Source: Octopus sinensis (taxonomy: Eukaryota). Taken from it: DNA of 64,000 bases. A model generated the notes under the pieces. That model was not told where the DNA came from. It made no database searches and worked only from the letters and a program-made list of their open reading frames with translations. This document shows, in pieces, positions 1 to 12,269 of this stretch. The DNA lies in assembly GCF_006345805.1 (NCBI RefSeq), contig NC_043008.1, positions 34,534,001 to 34,598,000 on the forward strand. The letters run 5' to 3'. The position numbers and the translations under genes are program-made. Position 1 is the first letter of the stretch; each line of letters opens with the position of its first letter.

Positions 1-32
1 TACATAAGTCATACCAAAAGGCCACACCCAGT

Positions 33-460
33 TGTAACTGTAGAGAACCTTAAACTTGCCCACTTGATCAAGCATGTTTGATAAACATAGTTGCTGAAGA
101 AGCTGAAGTTACAGCAGTGCTCCAAGACAAAATAATTGTGAACAAAAATTACATTGGTTTATGTGAAGGCAACTTTGAAAGCCATTATGCAAACCACCAG
201 TCTTCTTCCTGACATTAATAGAAAAAAAAAATGCCACTAAGTTGGCTAGCTATGTGTTGAGTTTGAAGACCGAATGTACACCACTTACAATCAAGTGGAG
301 AATCGTGGAGAAACCTATACCATATATGAATGGGTCTAAGAGGTTCAAGCTATGCACAACTCACACATTCTTTTTAGGTTCAAGAATTCCACCACACTAC
401 TTTATTCCAGATCTGAGATTTTTAGTAAAGGTACGCACATGGACAGTTTTCTTTTGTTGA
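33..460 (+). mobile_element. Penelope-like element, degenerate GIY-YIG endonuclease (3' fragment)
   Basis: Manual translation from 33: CNCREP*TCPLDQACL...KNYIGLCEGNFESHYANHQSS; ORF 242-460 continues LASYVLSLK...IKWRIVEKPIPYMNGSKRFKLC. This matches the PLE CxC + YIG...RYxNH + W.I...Y.N.SKRC.LC pattern, with stops and a frameshift. Confidence 0.8.
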
Positions 461-782
461 ACTGGAAGACCCCACCCACTCTGGATTGAGTAGCTACCTG
501 ACAGACTTTGGTCTCTCTTATATTATTCTGCACCAGCTACGGTAATTATGGTTTCTGCAGTTAAAGAGGATGAAGATCTTGCCTTTCTTACTTTTCTTTT
601 CTTTCTTCTTGTTCCACTTTTTGCATCAACCTCCTTCTCCTTTTTCCTTCTTTTTCTCGTGTTGCTCATAGACCAGCATCCTGATTTTTTAAAATTACAT
701 TTGACATTATGAACTGAGTCTGGAAGACTGAAAGCATGTTATATAAATCTTCCAATTTTATGTATCTTTAACATTAATTTCA

Positions 783-790
783 TATATATA

Positions 791-873
<83 letters not shown>

Positions 874-965
874 CATACATACATACATATATACATGTGT
901 GTGTATGTATGTATGTATGTATGTATGTATGTATGTATGTATGTTTGTATATATGTATGTGTATA
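783..965. repeat. Compound microsatellite (TA)n-(TAGA)n-(TACA)n-(TATG)n
   Basis: Directly visible simple repeats. Confidence 0.95.
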
Positions 966-1019
966 TGTTAATGTATTTATTTTGCAAGATTCTTGATGTG
1001 AAATCATGTGTTGAAACAA

Positions 1020-1459
1020 ATATAGTTATATTTGGGGACGATCATTGTGCCAATAAACACATGCATCATTTACTTGATCTTCACTTTAGCTTTATCACTG
1101 TTATGAGTTTATTTATCAGAGTTCTTTCATCACACATCCAGTGGCCTCTTCAATGACTTCCTGCTTTACATATCGCCTCTTCTCTCTGGTTTTGTCATAT
1201 TCGTTCCATCTTATCTTTCTGTGGAATGTATCCCTTCTGTGCATGAGTTTGCATCTGTAACTATCTGTGTCTATGTGTTTGGCACGTATATGTATGTTTT
1301 GAGTGCATACATATGGGTTTGTATATTACAGTGTTTGTAAACACGTCTTTTTTTTTTCTGTGTTCAGTTGTCAGGTTGCAAGGTAGGCTTGAGTGGGGAG
1401 GTGTTATTGCTCCATTCACATTTTCTGAATGTGCGACAAAAGAAATCTGACAAATAAAC

Positions 1460-1513
<54 letters not shown>

Positions 1514-1590
1514 CAATAAAGCTAAAGTGAAGATAAAATAAATAATTCATGTTTATTGATAAAATGACTATCCCCAAATATAACAATATG
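1020..1590. repeat. Inverted repeat pair (~1020-1140 and ~1425-1590), probable DNA-transposon remnant
   Basis: gttatatttgggga...caataaac...tcttcactttagctttat...agtttattt(a/g)tcaga at 1024-1120 recurs reverse-complemented at ~1445-1585, with an (AAT)n expansion in the right arm. Confidence 0.7.
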
Positions 1591-1741
1591 TGTGTGTGTG
1601 TGTATGTATGTGTACACACACACACACACACACACACACTTATATATACACACATGCATATATATATAAATATACATCCATATTGTTGTTGTTGTTGTTA
1701 TTATTATTATTATTAGTAGTAGTAGTAGTAGTAGTAGTAGT

Positions 1742-2054
1742 ATTGAGTGAGAGAGCAGTTCATGCCATCAAAGTGACACTGGGGTAAAATATACAAAGCC
1801 CATCTGATAAGGGTACACCAGACATATGCATCTCAACCACATGTGCATGACATGGTGATCTCATATCAAGATAAACAGCACATGACCTTGCAGGTGGAGC
1901 CCTGTTAGAATTTTCTTCAGGTCAAGTAGCCCATCCCACTCAAAAGATTCCTGAATAAGGGCCGTTTAAGGATATTGAATGAAACATCAATGTTACTAGA
2001 GGTGAATTATCCAAACCCCAAAGAATTCCTCTCAATACATGGCTATGATACTCC
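1742..2054 (-). mobile_element. (TAA)n-embedded non-coding retroposon family, copy 1
   Basis: Reverse complement matches 5395-5757 and 59837-59972; ends gctctctcactcaa; (TAT)n/(TAG)n arrays on both sides. Confidence 0.8.
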
Positions 2055-2121
2055 ATTATTATAATTATCATTATTATTATTATTATTATTATTATTGTTA
2101 TTGTTGTTGTTATTATTATTG

Positions 2122-2176
<55 letters not shown>

Positions 2177-2564
2177 CATTATTATTAATATTTTCGTTGT
2201 TGTTTTTGTTAAGTAGTAGTTCTTCCATAAGCCAGAGATAAAAGCAGTCAATATAAGTATAAATAACAGAATGGCTATATCTTTATATTATCAAATATTA
2301 TATTTCTGGTTAGGGTATGATAACTGGTCAGATTATCAACATCAGTTTTGTATCAAATATTGCCACTACACAATATTGACAACACTGTAGACATAATGGT
2401 CAGAAGTGCATAGCTTCTTTAGTACCGTAGGTACATAGAATCTAGGTTAATTCAGAGGTAGCAGAAGAGAGGAATAAAATTTAGTGAAAAATATTGGAGA
2501 TGAAGTTGAAGAGCTGATGCTAAATCAAAAGGAAGAAAGAAGAAAGGATGAGTTATTCTCTGTA

Positions 2565-2945
2565 GGTTGGTATTAGCCATGGCTGAAGCATATAAGTTGT
2601 GTGTGTATCATTCTCTTGTTCGAAAAAGAGACACAGCCACATCACCAAAATTGATATTTGTTCATGAGAGTAGTACTCAAAAATTTCACTTTCTGAGTTC
2701 GGGAAAGCACTTGGATCTTGCAATGTTTCAGAATTAATAGAAGAGGATGCATTGTAGTATAACATCAGCTGGAGATTTCTGGAAAGATCTAGACCATATC
2801 TAAATGGAAGTAGGAGGTGAAGACTCTGTTTGGTGGAGAAGAGAATCATTTTAAAAACTCACACAATCAAGGTGCTTTCCTGAACTTGGAAAATGAAATT
2901 TTTGCATACTGCCCTTATCAATGCAAATTCATTTTGGTAGTGTTG
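2565..2945 (+). mobile_element. Penelope-like GIY-YIG C-terminal fragment
   Basis: Manual translation YNISWRFLERSRPYLNGSRR*RLCLVEKRIIL, then after a frameshift LNLENEIFAYCPYQCKFIL; same motif as 242-460. Confidence 0.7.
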
Positions 2946-3419
2946 CCATGTTCCTTTTTGAACAAGATGAAGTAGTGAGATTGAGAAAGAGATGTATATT
3001 AGAGATGATTGATAAAAGGGAAATAATAGAAAAGAGAGAGAAATATGAATAGCTTATAAAAATTGTTGATAGGTGATGGTAAGAGTGAGTACATGTGATA
3101 GATAACAAAAATGATTGTTAGGAGAGGAATGATGTTGAAAGATAGAATGATGGCTGACAATAAAGAAGTGATGATTAGGAGATTGAATATATATATACAT
3201 ATTCAATACCTTCTCTCACTACACAGATAGTGTGATAGGAAGTCAGTAGATTGATAAAGGGGTTTAAATAAGAATCAATCCAATTCCTTTTCTCATTAGA
3301 TAGGCAGTATGATACTGTGGTAGGAGAAAGGATGAGTGTTATATAAAAAGGTAATGAACAAATGGGGTGGGCAGGAAAAGACTTCATAGGAACATAATGG
3401 ACAGAAGTAGATATACATC

Positions 3420-3960
3420 CCAACCACTATCACCATCGCTGTCTTAACCCCTGTTTTTGCTTTACATGCATGGAGAGGTGCGCCTTCTCCAGCACTGTGT
3501 GTCATCACTTGCTGCAATTCTTCATCATTTCCTTCCTGAAGTCTAGCTCCTTGGGATCTAGCATCACTGTTTTGTCACATATTTTCCTTAGTTCACCTTC
3601 TTCATAGGTTCCATTCCTTTTGTCCCCTTTACACTTATACAATTGAAATGCATCGTCCATGTAAATTACATTGCCATACCAGTATCGGTTTCCCACTTAG
3701 TTTAATATTGCTTACAGCCATCTTTTCACTCAGTGTATTTGTGTACACTAACATTACACATTCAGCAGAACATTTTCATTTCATTTCTTTTTAACCTTCA
3801 CAAATCCTCTACATTCAAGGCCTGCCTCTTGCTACCAAGGAGTATCACATTTTGTATACAAGCATCATACAATTTTCCCTCTCTCTATACTAAAAGAGAA
3901 CCCTATGTTATCAGATGAGGTAATAGCTCACTGAATTTTTTCTATTCCATTCTTGTTCGG
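3420..3960 (-). mobile_element. RTE-clade LINE, degenerate ORF C-terminal fragment
   Basis: ORF 3505-3696 (RYWYGNVIYMDD...KCKGDKRNGT...LRKICDKTV..D..ELDF) is a decayed version of the RTE C-terminus at 10416-10856. Confidence 0.7.
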
Positions 3961-4578
3961 ACTTGCTTCAAATACCCAAGGGTGAATGGACATCTTGAAC
4001 CATGCAATCAATTAAGGCTACCGACCAAATTTTTGACTTTCAAATTTCATTCACAGCACTCTACTTGATCTGAGGTTATATTAGAATACACTTGTCCAAG
4101 GTACTATGCAATAGGATTGAATCCAAAATCCATGTAATTACAAGGCAAACTTTTTAAGTACACAGCCACACCAATGCCTGCTTTTTGTTCTTATGGAACC
4201 AATATTCCTGTTTACTGCTAATGGATATGCAATAAGAGAGAAGAATGTACTTATTATGTTATGTGTACGATGTATAATATGACATAAAATTGGTCAAATA
4301 TGAAGCATAAAACGTTTGAAGAAATGGATGATAACATTAATCTCTCTCAATTACCATTCAGAAGTCATGAATTTGCTTTATAGATCTGATTCTCTGGGTG
4401 GTGATTGGTGAACCTTCATTTTTAATGTTATGTTTAGTATTTTTTTGATAAGTAGGTATAGGATAATAAAGTTAAAAGCTTTTCTGATGATTACAGTCTT
4501 TAGCATTTTTCATGATGTGCGAAATTGCTAATTTTAAATACATCTTATATAAGTTGATTGAGTTTATAAAGTATATAT

Positions 4579-4617
<39 letters not shown>

Positions 4618-5170
4618 CATACATACACATACATACAAACATACATACATACATACAAACATACATACATACATACATACATACATACATACATACATAC
4701 ATACATACATACATACATACATACATAGGAAATTGAACAGAGTGATTAGAAATATATTTAATGGTGAATCCGATAGAACTAGGGGAAAAAGAAAAATGCT
4801 GTTTATTCCATGAATATAGCTTTCTAGAAATTTCTTTAGCATCATTGAAATCTGTAATATTGTAATAAAAGCGTAATAAGATGCTGAGCCTAAAGTATTC
4901 CTATTTGGCTGAAATATTCTTGTAGTTTTTACGTAGCTTCTATTTTCTTGGTATTTGGCAGAAACACTAGAAGAAATTGAATATGTTAATGTTTTTATTC
5001 TTTGGTGTCTTTGGTATTGTATGAAATGGTTTTAGCTCTTGTTACTGCTGAATAGTTTTGCATAGCTTTTCTTACGTATATTGCAAGGAAGGTGACTAAG
5101 TTGTAAATACAGAGTAAGGTAAGTAAATGTGATGCTTGATTTGTTTGTTATGTTTTGTGAATATTTGCTT

Positions 5171-5220
<50 letters not shown>

Positions 5221-5250
5221 GATATTACTAATGATAATAATAATAATAAT

Positions 5251-5755
5251 AACTTGGTATAAAAGATAGGATACAGCAAATATTCTGCTCAATACCACAG
5301 ATTTGCTTGTCAGTTGTTTGACCTTAACCAGTTGAGCATGTCCCTTACTGGCTGACAATATGTGCATCTCTGATCAGGAGTAGAAGTAGTAGGGGAGTAT
5401 TATAGCCGTGTGTTGAAAGGAATTCTTGGAGGTTTGGATAATTCACCTTTGGAAACATGGGTGTTTCGTTCAACATCCTTAAACAATCCTTATTCAGGGA
5501 CCTTTTGAGTGGGATGGGTTACTTGACCAGAAGAAAATTCTAACTGGGCCCCACCTACAAGGTCATATGCTGTTTATTTTGATATGAGATCACCATGTCG
5601 TGCACACATGGTTGTGATGCATGTACCTGGTGTACCCTTATCAGACAGGTAGTCATGATGGGTATACTGGGCTTCGTATATTTTACCCCAGTGTCACTGG
5701 GCTTCGTATATTTTACCCCAGTGTCACTTTGATGGCATGCACTGCTCTCTCACTC

Positions 5756-5757
<2 letters not shown>
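5251..5757 (+). mobile_element. (TAA)n-embedded non-coding retroposon family, copy 2 (longest)
   Basis: Homologous to 1742-2054; (AAT)n at both ends; internal 30-bp tandem duplication at 5666-5725. Confidence 0.8.
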
Positions 5758-5829
<72 letters not shown>

Positions 5830-6124
5830 TATTGACATTCATACTTCATGTCTCTAAAGATGACAAAAATCATCAGCTTTACACTTTGTGGGTGCTGTGG
5901 GTTTATTAGTCTTCATACTCTGAGTTCAAAATCTGTTGATGTCAAGTTTGACTTTCATTCTTTCAAGGTTAAAGAAATAAGTACTGGTTCAGCACTAGGC
6001 AACATCGACTAGCCCCATCTCGTAAAATTTCTGACTTTATGCATGCAGTAGAAAGGATTGCTGTTGTTTTGTTGTTAAATATGTGTTTATATGAATTATG
6101 TACATGTGTATATGTGTGTGTACA

Positions 6125-6175
<51 letters not shown>

Positions 6176-6264
6176 TATAACTATTTGCAATAGGTTTCAT
6201 GAACAAAGTAGAAATTGCATGACATGTTATGTAGAGCAAGTATATTTATTATAATATACAGGTT

Positions 6265-6478
6265 TAAGGTGGTGAGGTGGCAGAATTGTTAGCACGCCAG
6301 GCAAAATGCTTAGCGCTATTTCGTCAGCCACTACAATCTGAGATCAAATTCCACCAAGGTCAACTTTGCCTTTCTTCCTTTCGGGGTCGATAAATCAAGT
6401 ACCAGTTGAGTACTGGGTCGATGTGATCAACTGTCCCCCTGCCCACAAAACCCAGGCCTTGTGCCTATAGTACAAACG
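6265..6478 (+). mobile_element. tRNA-derived SINE family B (Meta-domain-like core) with 17-bp TSD
   Basis: Head aaggtggtgaggtggcagaattgttagc; core ctttgcctttcttcctttcggggtcgataaatcaagtacc; TSD ATTATAATATACAGGTT at 6248-6264 and 6479-6495. Confidence 0.85.
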
Positions 6479-6591
6479 ATTATAATATACAGGTTAAAAA
6501 TGGCTGCTGTCTTTAGGTTTCATGCTGAAACTTGAATAAAATTATTTGCTGAGATTTATTCTGATGTTTGTTTTGTTTTGTTGGCATGAGA

Positions 6592-6625
<34 letters not shown>

Positions 6626-7094
6626 CATGTGTGTGTGTAGTCAGCTGCATATATAATGCAGTTGAATACGTGACAAACTACCATAGAATTTTTTAGCTCA
6701 ATTTAGTTATTGATTATTGGTTACTGAAATGAATGTATTGATGTATCAAAATATCAGCAATTTTTCTTCTGCCCACACACATACACATACACACACACTC
6801 ACACACACACGCAGACACAGTTATATATACATATATACGTTCACATATATACGCATGTATATATAATATATATTTATATGTTGTTTGTCACAATGAGGAT
6901 ATTCAAACTTCTTATAGGCATATTTATCCAAGATACACTGGTTTAATATATTCAATTTTTAAGGGATATCAAACATTTTTATTAAATTAGAAAACAGAGA
7001 GGTCTAATGGATTCAAATTAATTTATCAATCAATCAACATATTAACCAACAATTGTTTCATTTCTTAAATAAGATTAAAATTACAAAACATATA

Positions 7095-7937
7095 TACTCT
7101 TTTACTTTTTACTTGTTTCAGTCATTTGACTGTGGCCATGCTGGAGCACCACCTTTAGTCGAGCAAATCGACCCCAGGACTTATTCATTGTAAGCCTAGT
7201 ACTTATTCTATCGGGCTCCTTTTACCTAACTGCTAAACGTAAACACATCAGCATCGGTTGACAAGCGATGTTGGGGGAACAAACACAGACACGCAAACAT
7301 ATACACAGTAGTTGTGATGCTTGTGCCGGTGGCACATAAAAAGCACTATCCGAACATGGCCGATGCCAGCGCCGCCCCGACTGGCTTCCGTGCCGGTGGC
7401 ACATAAAAAGCACCGTCCGAACGTGGCCAATGCCAGCGCTGCCCCGACTGGCTCCTGTGCCGGTGGCACATAAAAAGACCATCCGAACATTGCCAGTGTC
7501 GCCTTGGCTGGCTTCCGTGCCGCTGGCACGTTAAAAGCTCCAACCGACCGTGACCGATGCCGGACCCCCCCTGGCACCTGTGCAGGTGGCACGTAAAAAG
7601 CACCCACTACACTCGCGGAGTGGTTGGCGTTAGGAAGGGCATCCAGCCGTAGAAACTCTGCCAGATCGGACTGGAGCCTGGAGCAGCCCCTGGCTTCCCA
7701 GACCCCGGTCGAACCGTCCAGCCCGTGCTAGCGCGGAAAATGGACGTTAAACGATGATGATGATGATGATGATATATATGACGGGTTTCTTTCAGTTTCC
7801 TTCTACCAAATTCACTCACAAGGCTTTGGTCAGCCCGAGGCTATAGTAGAAGGCACTTGCCCAAGGTGCCACACAGTGGGACCGAACCTGGAACCATGTG
7901 GCTTGTAAGCAAGCAATGTACCACACAACCACTCCTA
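7095..7937 (-). mobile_element. tRNA-derived SINE family A, interrupted by an RTE-type 3' tail insert
   Basis: Reverse complement matches the + strand copies at 23871, 48596 and 57497 (tRNA-like A/B boxes, 3' end gaaacaagtaaaagag). Confidence 0.9.
7319..7773 (+). mobile_element. RTE-LINE 3' UTR piece with five 60-67-bp hairpin subrepeats and (GAT)n tail
   Basis: Units start GTGCCGGTGGCAC at 7323, 7390, 7457 (variants at 7517, 7580); then ggcgttaggaagggcatccagc...ggacgttaaacgatgatg. The same tail follows the RTE ORF end at 18425-19155. Confidence 0.85.
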
Positions 7938-8124
7938 CATACCTTGTAAGGAAAATCATCAATGTTTTAGAGGACAATAAGGATTACATTAGGCTGCTTT
8001 CAGAATATACAGAATGATCAAACATGTTTACAATGTGTGTATGCATATGTGTGTGTGTATGTGTGTATGCATACATTAAAATTATTCCTCTCATTTAAAT
8101 TCAAAAATAGTAATAGTAATAATT

Positions 8125-8427
8125 TGTTTGTTACTTGTCGAGCCAGGCCTGGTTCATATGGGCTGGTTTCCCGGTTTCCTTGGCGTATAGGTTCCCCACC
8201 TGGACGGGACATCGGTCCGTAGCAGGTCAGCTGCAAGATGTAGGAGGAAAGAGTGAGAGAAAGTTGTGGCAAAAGAGTCAGGAGAAGTTCACCATTACCT
8301 TCTGCCGGAGCCGCGTGGAGCTTAGGTGTTTCGCTCATAAACACACACATCACCCGGTCTGAGATTCGAACCCGCGATCCCTCGACCGCAAGTCTGCTGC
8401 TCTAAACACTAGACCATGTGCCTCCAC
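8125..8427 (-). mobile_element. tRNA-derived SINE (family C type)
   Basis: Minus strand begins gtggaggcacatggtctagtgtttagagc...gggttcgaatc (A/B boxes); 3' part resembles 36063-36304. Confidence 0.8.
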
Positions 8428-8458
8428 AACAGTAATAATGATGAATGATGGGTTATAT

Positions 8459-8991
8459 CAAGGGTGGGGAAACCCCTGCCTGCTGATGTAATTGCGCCTA
8501 CAAGCCCATTTTATTGCACCTGCAGGCTAGTATACTTATATGTACAAAATATATTAGATTTTTCAATTATAGAATTTATATAAAATTTACATGCCTATTT
8601 GTGACATAAGTTGTGTTTCCACCATGACTTAAAACTGTTAGACTTGAACAGAAAATCGTCCGGCAATTGCCATTTGAATGGAAATTTTGTTTTCACCAGA
8701 AAACATATGTTGCTAGGTTTGTACCACCACCTTGAGATCCAACTACACTCTAGCTGAAAAATATAGAATACCTCATAGGTAATGTAAATGTCCTAAATTC
8801 AGTGGCAGTGTTAATGGAGATGTTACACTTTAATTTAATGTCTTGAACTTATCTTTATTAATTTATCTCGAATTACACATAGATATATACAAGATTTACT
8901 CAGATATAAGAGTTAGAACTTGTGATCCGCCCACAGACCTTTTGCTTTGGAAATTTTTGCCTACTGCACTAAAAAAGTTTCCCCACCCCTG
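8459..8991. mobile_element. hAT-superfamily MITE
   Basis: TIRs CAAGGGTGGGGAAAC / GTTTCCCCACCCCTG; perfect 8-bp TSD GGTTATAT at 8451-8458 and 8992-8999. Confidence 0.9.
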
Positions 8992-9162
8992 GGTTATATT
9001 ATATATGAGTAAATTAATATAATGAATAAAAGAAAGTAAAGGAAAATAATATTCCTGTTCATGGAATGAAATAACATAAAAGGGAAACAAAATTTACGCC
9101 TATGTTTGTACATGTGTGCATGTATATGTGCCCACATACATGCATACAAGTAATATACTTAT

Positions 9163-9258
<96 letters not shown>

Positions 9259-9649
9259 CATATATATATATACACGCACACACATACACACTCACACACG
9301 CAACAAGTACGTATGTCAATATGTTTATCAATATGCACTTGTTCTGGTATATATGCGCCTTTCCAATTTACTTCTTTAGGTATATAGCTTGATATATATA
9401 TATATATATATATGAGCAGAAATAAAGTAAAGATAAAATAAAAATGAAATATAAGGGATATAAAAAAATAAAATGAATATAAAAATAAAAAGTAAAAATA
9501 GAATATAAAGTAAATATAGAAGAAATAAAATAAAATAAAATAGAATGTACAAAGTGAAAGAAACTGGAATAAATCTATGTCCATGTGTATATACATGTGT
9601 GTTTATATGTAACAAGTATGGATGCTGTTGTTTATGCATTATTGTGTAT

Positions 9650-10900
9650 GTCATCATCAGTATCATCATCGTTTAATGTCCACCTTCCATGCTAGCATGG
9701 GTGGGACGATTTCACAAAAGCTGGCCTGGCTGAAGCCTGCACCAGACTTCTGTGACTGTTTTGGCAGGATTTTTACAGCTGGATGCCTTCCTAACGCCAG
9801 CTACTCAGCAGAGTGGACAGAGTGCTTTTTTCATGGCACAAGCACAGGCGAGGTGAGTAGTAAAGGAAGAGAAAGATATAGATGTGGCAAGTGCCAGGGC
9901 ATACCCTTGAGGTTTAAATGCAATGATATAAGTGGCAGGATGCAAAGGGAGTGTAATTAAAGAGTGCTAGTAAGTGGCAAAAGACTTGGGTATGTATAGA
10001 GTTGGGGGACTACCAGATAGCAATGGTATAGAGGAACAGGGGTGTGAGGACAGGATTGAGGAGTGAGAGCTAGTCATAGTGTATGAAGGAGTTACATGTG
10101 GGGGAAACACACAGATTTTGAACTCAGAATATGAAGACTAATAAGCCTACAGCGCCCACAAAGTGTAAAGCAGATACATAGTAGAGTGAGACAGGGCATA
10201 TGAGTAGAACACACAGGCTGGGAGCAAGTGGAGAACAATGATGCAGTGGCACAGGGCCAAGAGGTCAAGGGAGTAGGAGGTAAGCAAAGTACATGAAGCA
10301 GAAATGTGAGGAAGAGAAGAGATGTAGAGATGTAATTTGGTTTGTTGTGGTTGAGTGTGTGAGAAGTTTTCTTGTTAAGTGTGGGTGGGACACATAGCAC
10401 TTCAAGAACTCAGTTTCACTGACGTGGGCAGGTCTTCTCAAGAACTTCATATTGCCATACATCTTGGTCCATTGGCGTTTCCTCTGTGAAGCCCAGCTTC
10501 CTGAGATTGGTCCTTACCACTTCATCCCATGTCTTCCTGGGTCTCCCTCTTCCACAGGTACCATCTACTTTCAGTGGTCGGCACTTCTTTATGCAGCTGT
10601 CCTCATTCATATCCATCACATGTCCAAACCAGCACAGTCTTCTCTCTTGCATGCTACATCTGATTCCTCTTAGGCCCAACTTTTCTCTCAATACATTTTC
10701 ACTTTGCCGTACATGTGTACTGATGTTGCACATCCAACAGAACATACTACATTCATTTCTCTCCAGTCTACGCATATCTTCTACATTCAGAGCCCATGTC
10801 TCACTACCATGGAGTATAGCCATTTGTACACAAGCATCATATAGTCTACCTTTCACTCTGAGAGAGTCCTTTTGTTGCCAACAGAGGTAATAGCTCTCTG
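9650..10900 (-). mobile_element. RTE-clade LINE 3' portion (ORF C-terminus 10856-10416, tail near 9650-9850)
   Basis: ORF KGRLYDACV...LHGSETWAL...LERNE...RRLCWFGHVMDM...GRGRPRKTWDEVV is typical of RTE C-termini; (CAT)n tail motif at 9650-9690. Confidence 0.85.
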
Positions 10901-12269
10901 AATTTCCTCCATTTGAAAAAATATTTGAAAAAACATAACATACCTGTTATTAGTCTGTGGGGAAAAAAGTATTATTAATCAATGCTACACATATTTCTGC
11001 GCCGACATGGTGTTTATCAAGGCTACACCTAATACATAAATCCACATACATACATATACATATATATATAAACACATACATGTGTGTGTGTTTGTGTGTG
11101 TGTGCATGCATGCTTATATAGATATTTCGTTCTAAAGTTCTTTCATTAGACCTTAAGCAAATATACATATTATTGAAAGATTATCAAAGTAATTATGTTA
11201 ATGATTATGTTTATTACTAGTTATTATATTATAGGATTATATATTTATACATTTAGATATATGTTGGGATGGTGTACTTAGTATTCATATTTGGGCTTAC
11301 TCTATACATCTTTGATTACTATGAGGATTTATTTGGTGTATTACGTCATCAAAATTGATTTCATTGATAGATATATAGCATTTTCATCTAAATTAAAATG
11401 TATTGTTATACAGTTAATTAATGGGGATCAATACTCTGTTTTACTACTACCATCACTATTAAACTGATTTTTAAATATTATATAATTAGCATAACATGGT
11501 GTATGTTATTTATGACTATATTATGTTATGTTTGTAAGTACAGTTATACACAGTTACACTAATTATACTTAAATTTTAATTTATATCTTCATAAAATTTG
11601 TATTAAAATTAAAATGTATTATATTATTTAGTTAATTAGTGAATATCAATGCTCAATATTGTTATTACTATTATTAAGTATATATTTAAATATTACATAC
11701 TGTAATGTGGTACATATTATTTTTATTTTTATTTATGCTAATATCCTTGTATGGTTAATATCCATGCTTAGATTAAAAGTAGTTATATTATCTGATAGAT
11801 AGTAAAGATTCATGTTCTCTATTATTACTGAAATGAAATTCAATCATTATATAATATGGTATAATATTGTATGTGTGATTTATATTTGTTATTTCCAATT
11901 ATTCTAATTTATGTTTTATTTTTTAATTAAGCTATAGGTACTATATTATTTCAGTGTTTTTAATGTTAGGTTTAATTTGTTATCTGTTTAATAAATCTAT
12001 TTAATATTCTAGAATATATCTAGGTTAATTGTAACAAATTAGAATAGTTTAATGTTTGATTACATTTATAGTCTATTTAATAAATTTATTTATTTTCTAT
12101 CTTCTCCAAGCCAATAATTTATGTTTAGATGTTATATACTTAAATTATTACTGCTTATTTTATATCCTATTTATACTTGTAATTTTCATTTCTAAAGACA
12201 TATTCAGAGTAGTGTTAACATGTCTACACTAACAACTTTCAGTTCAATGTTAATTCCCCAATTAATTAA

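Noticed and set aside
521-727. Minus-strand Lys/Arg-rich open frame after a ctttcag acceptor-like site
   Set aside because: It is the antisense of a CT-rich tract right after the PLE endonuclease (probable 3' UTR); no recognisable domain or partner exons.
706-740. Hairpin agtct-gga-agact followed by GAAA (hammerhead-like)
   Set aside because: No CUGANGA at the right spacing and no convincing stem I.
7323-7600. CRISPR-like regularly spaced palindromic repeats
   Set aside because: The spacers are homologous to one another, the context is eukaryotic, and the array is part of a LINE 3' UTR.
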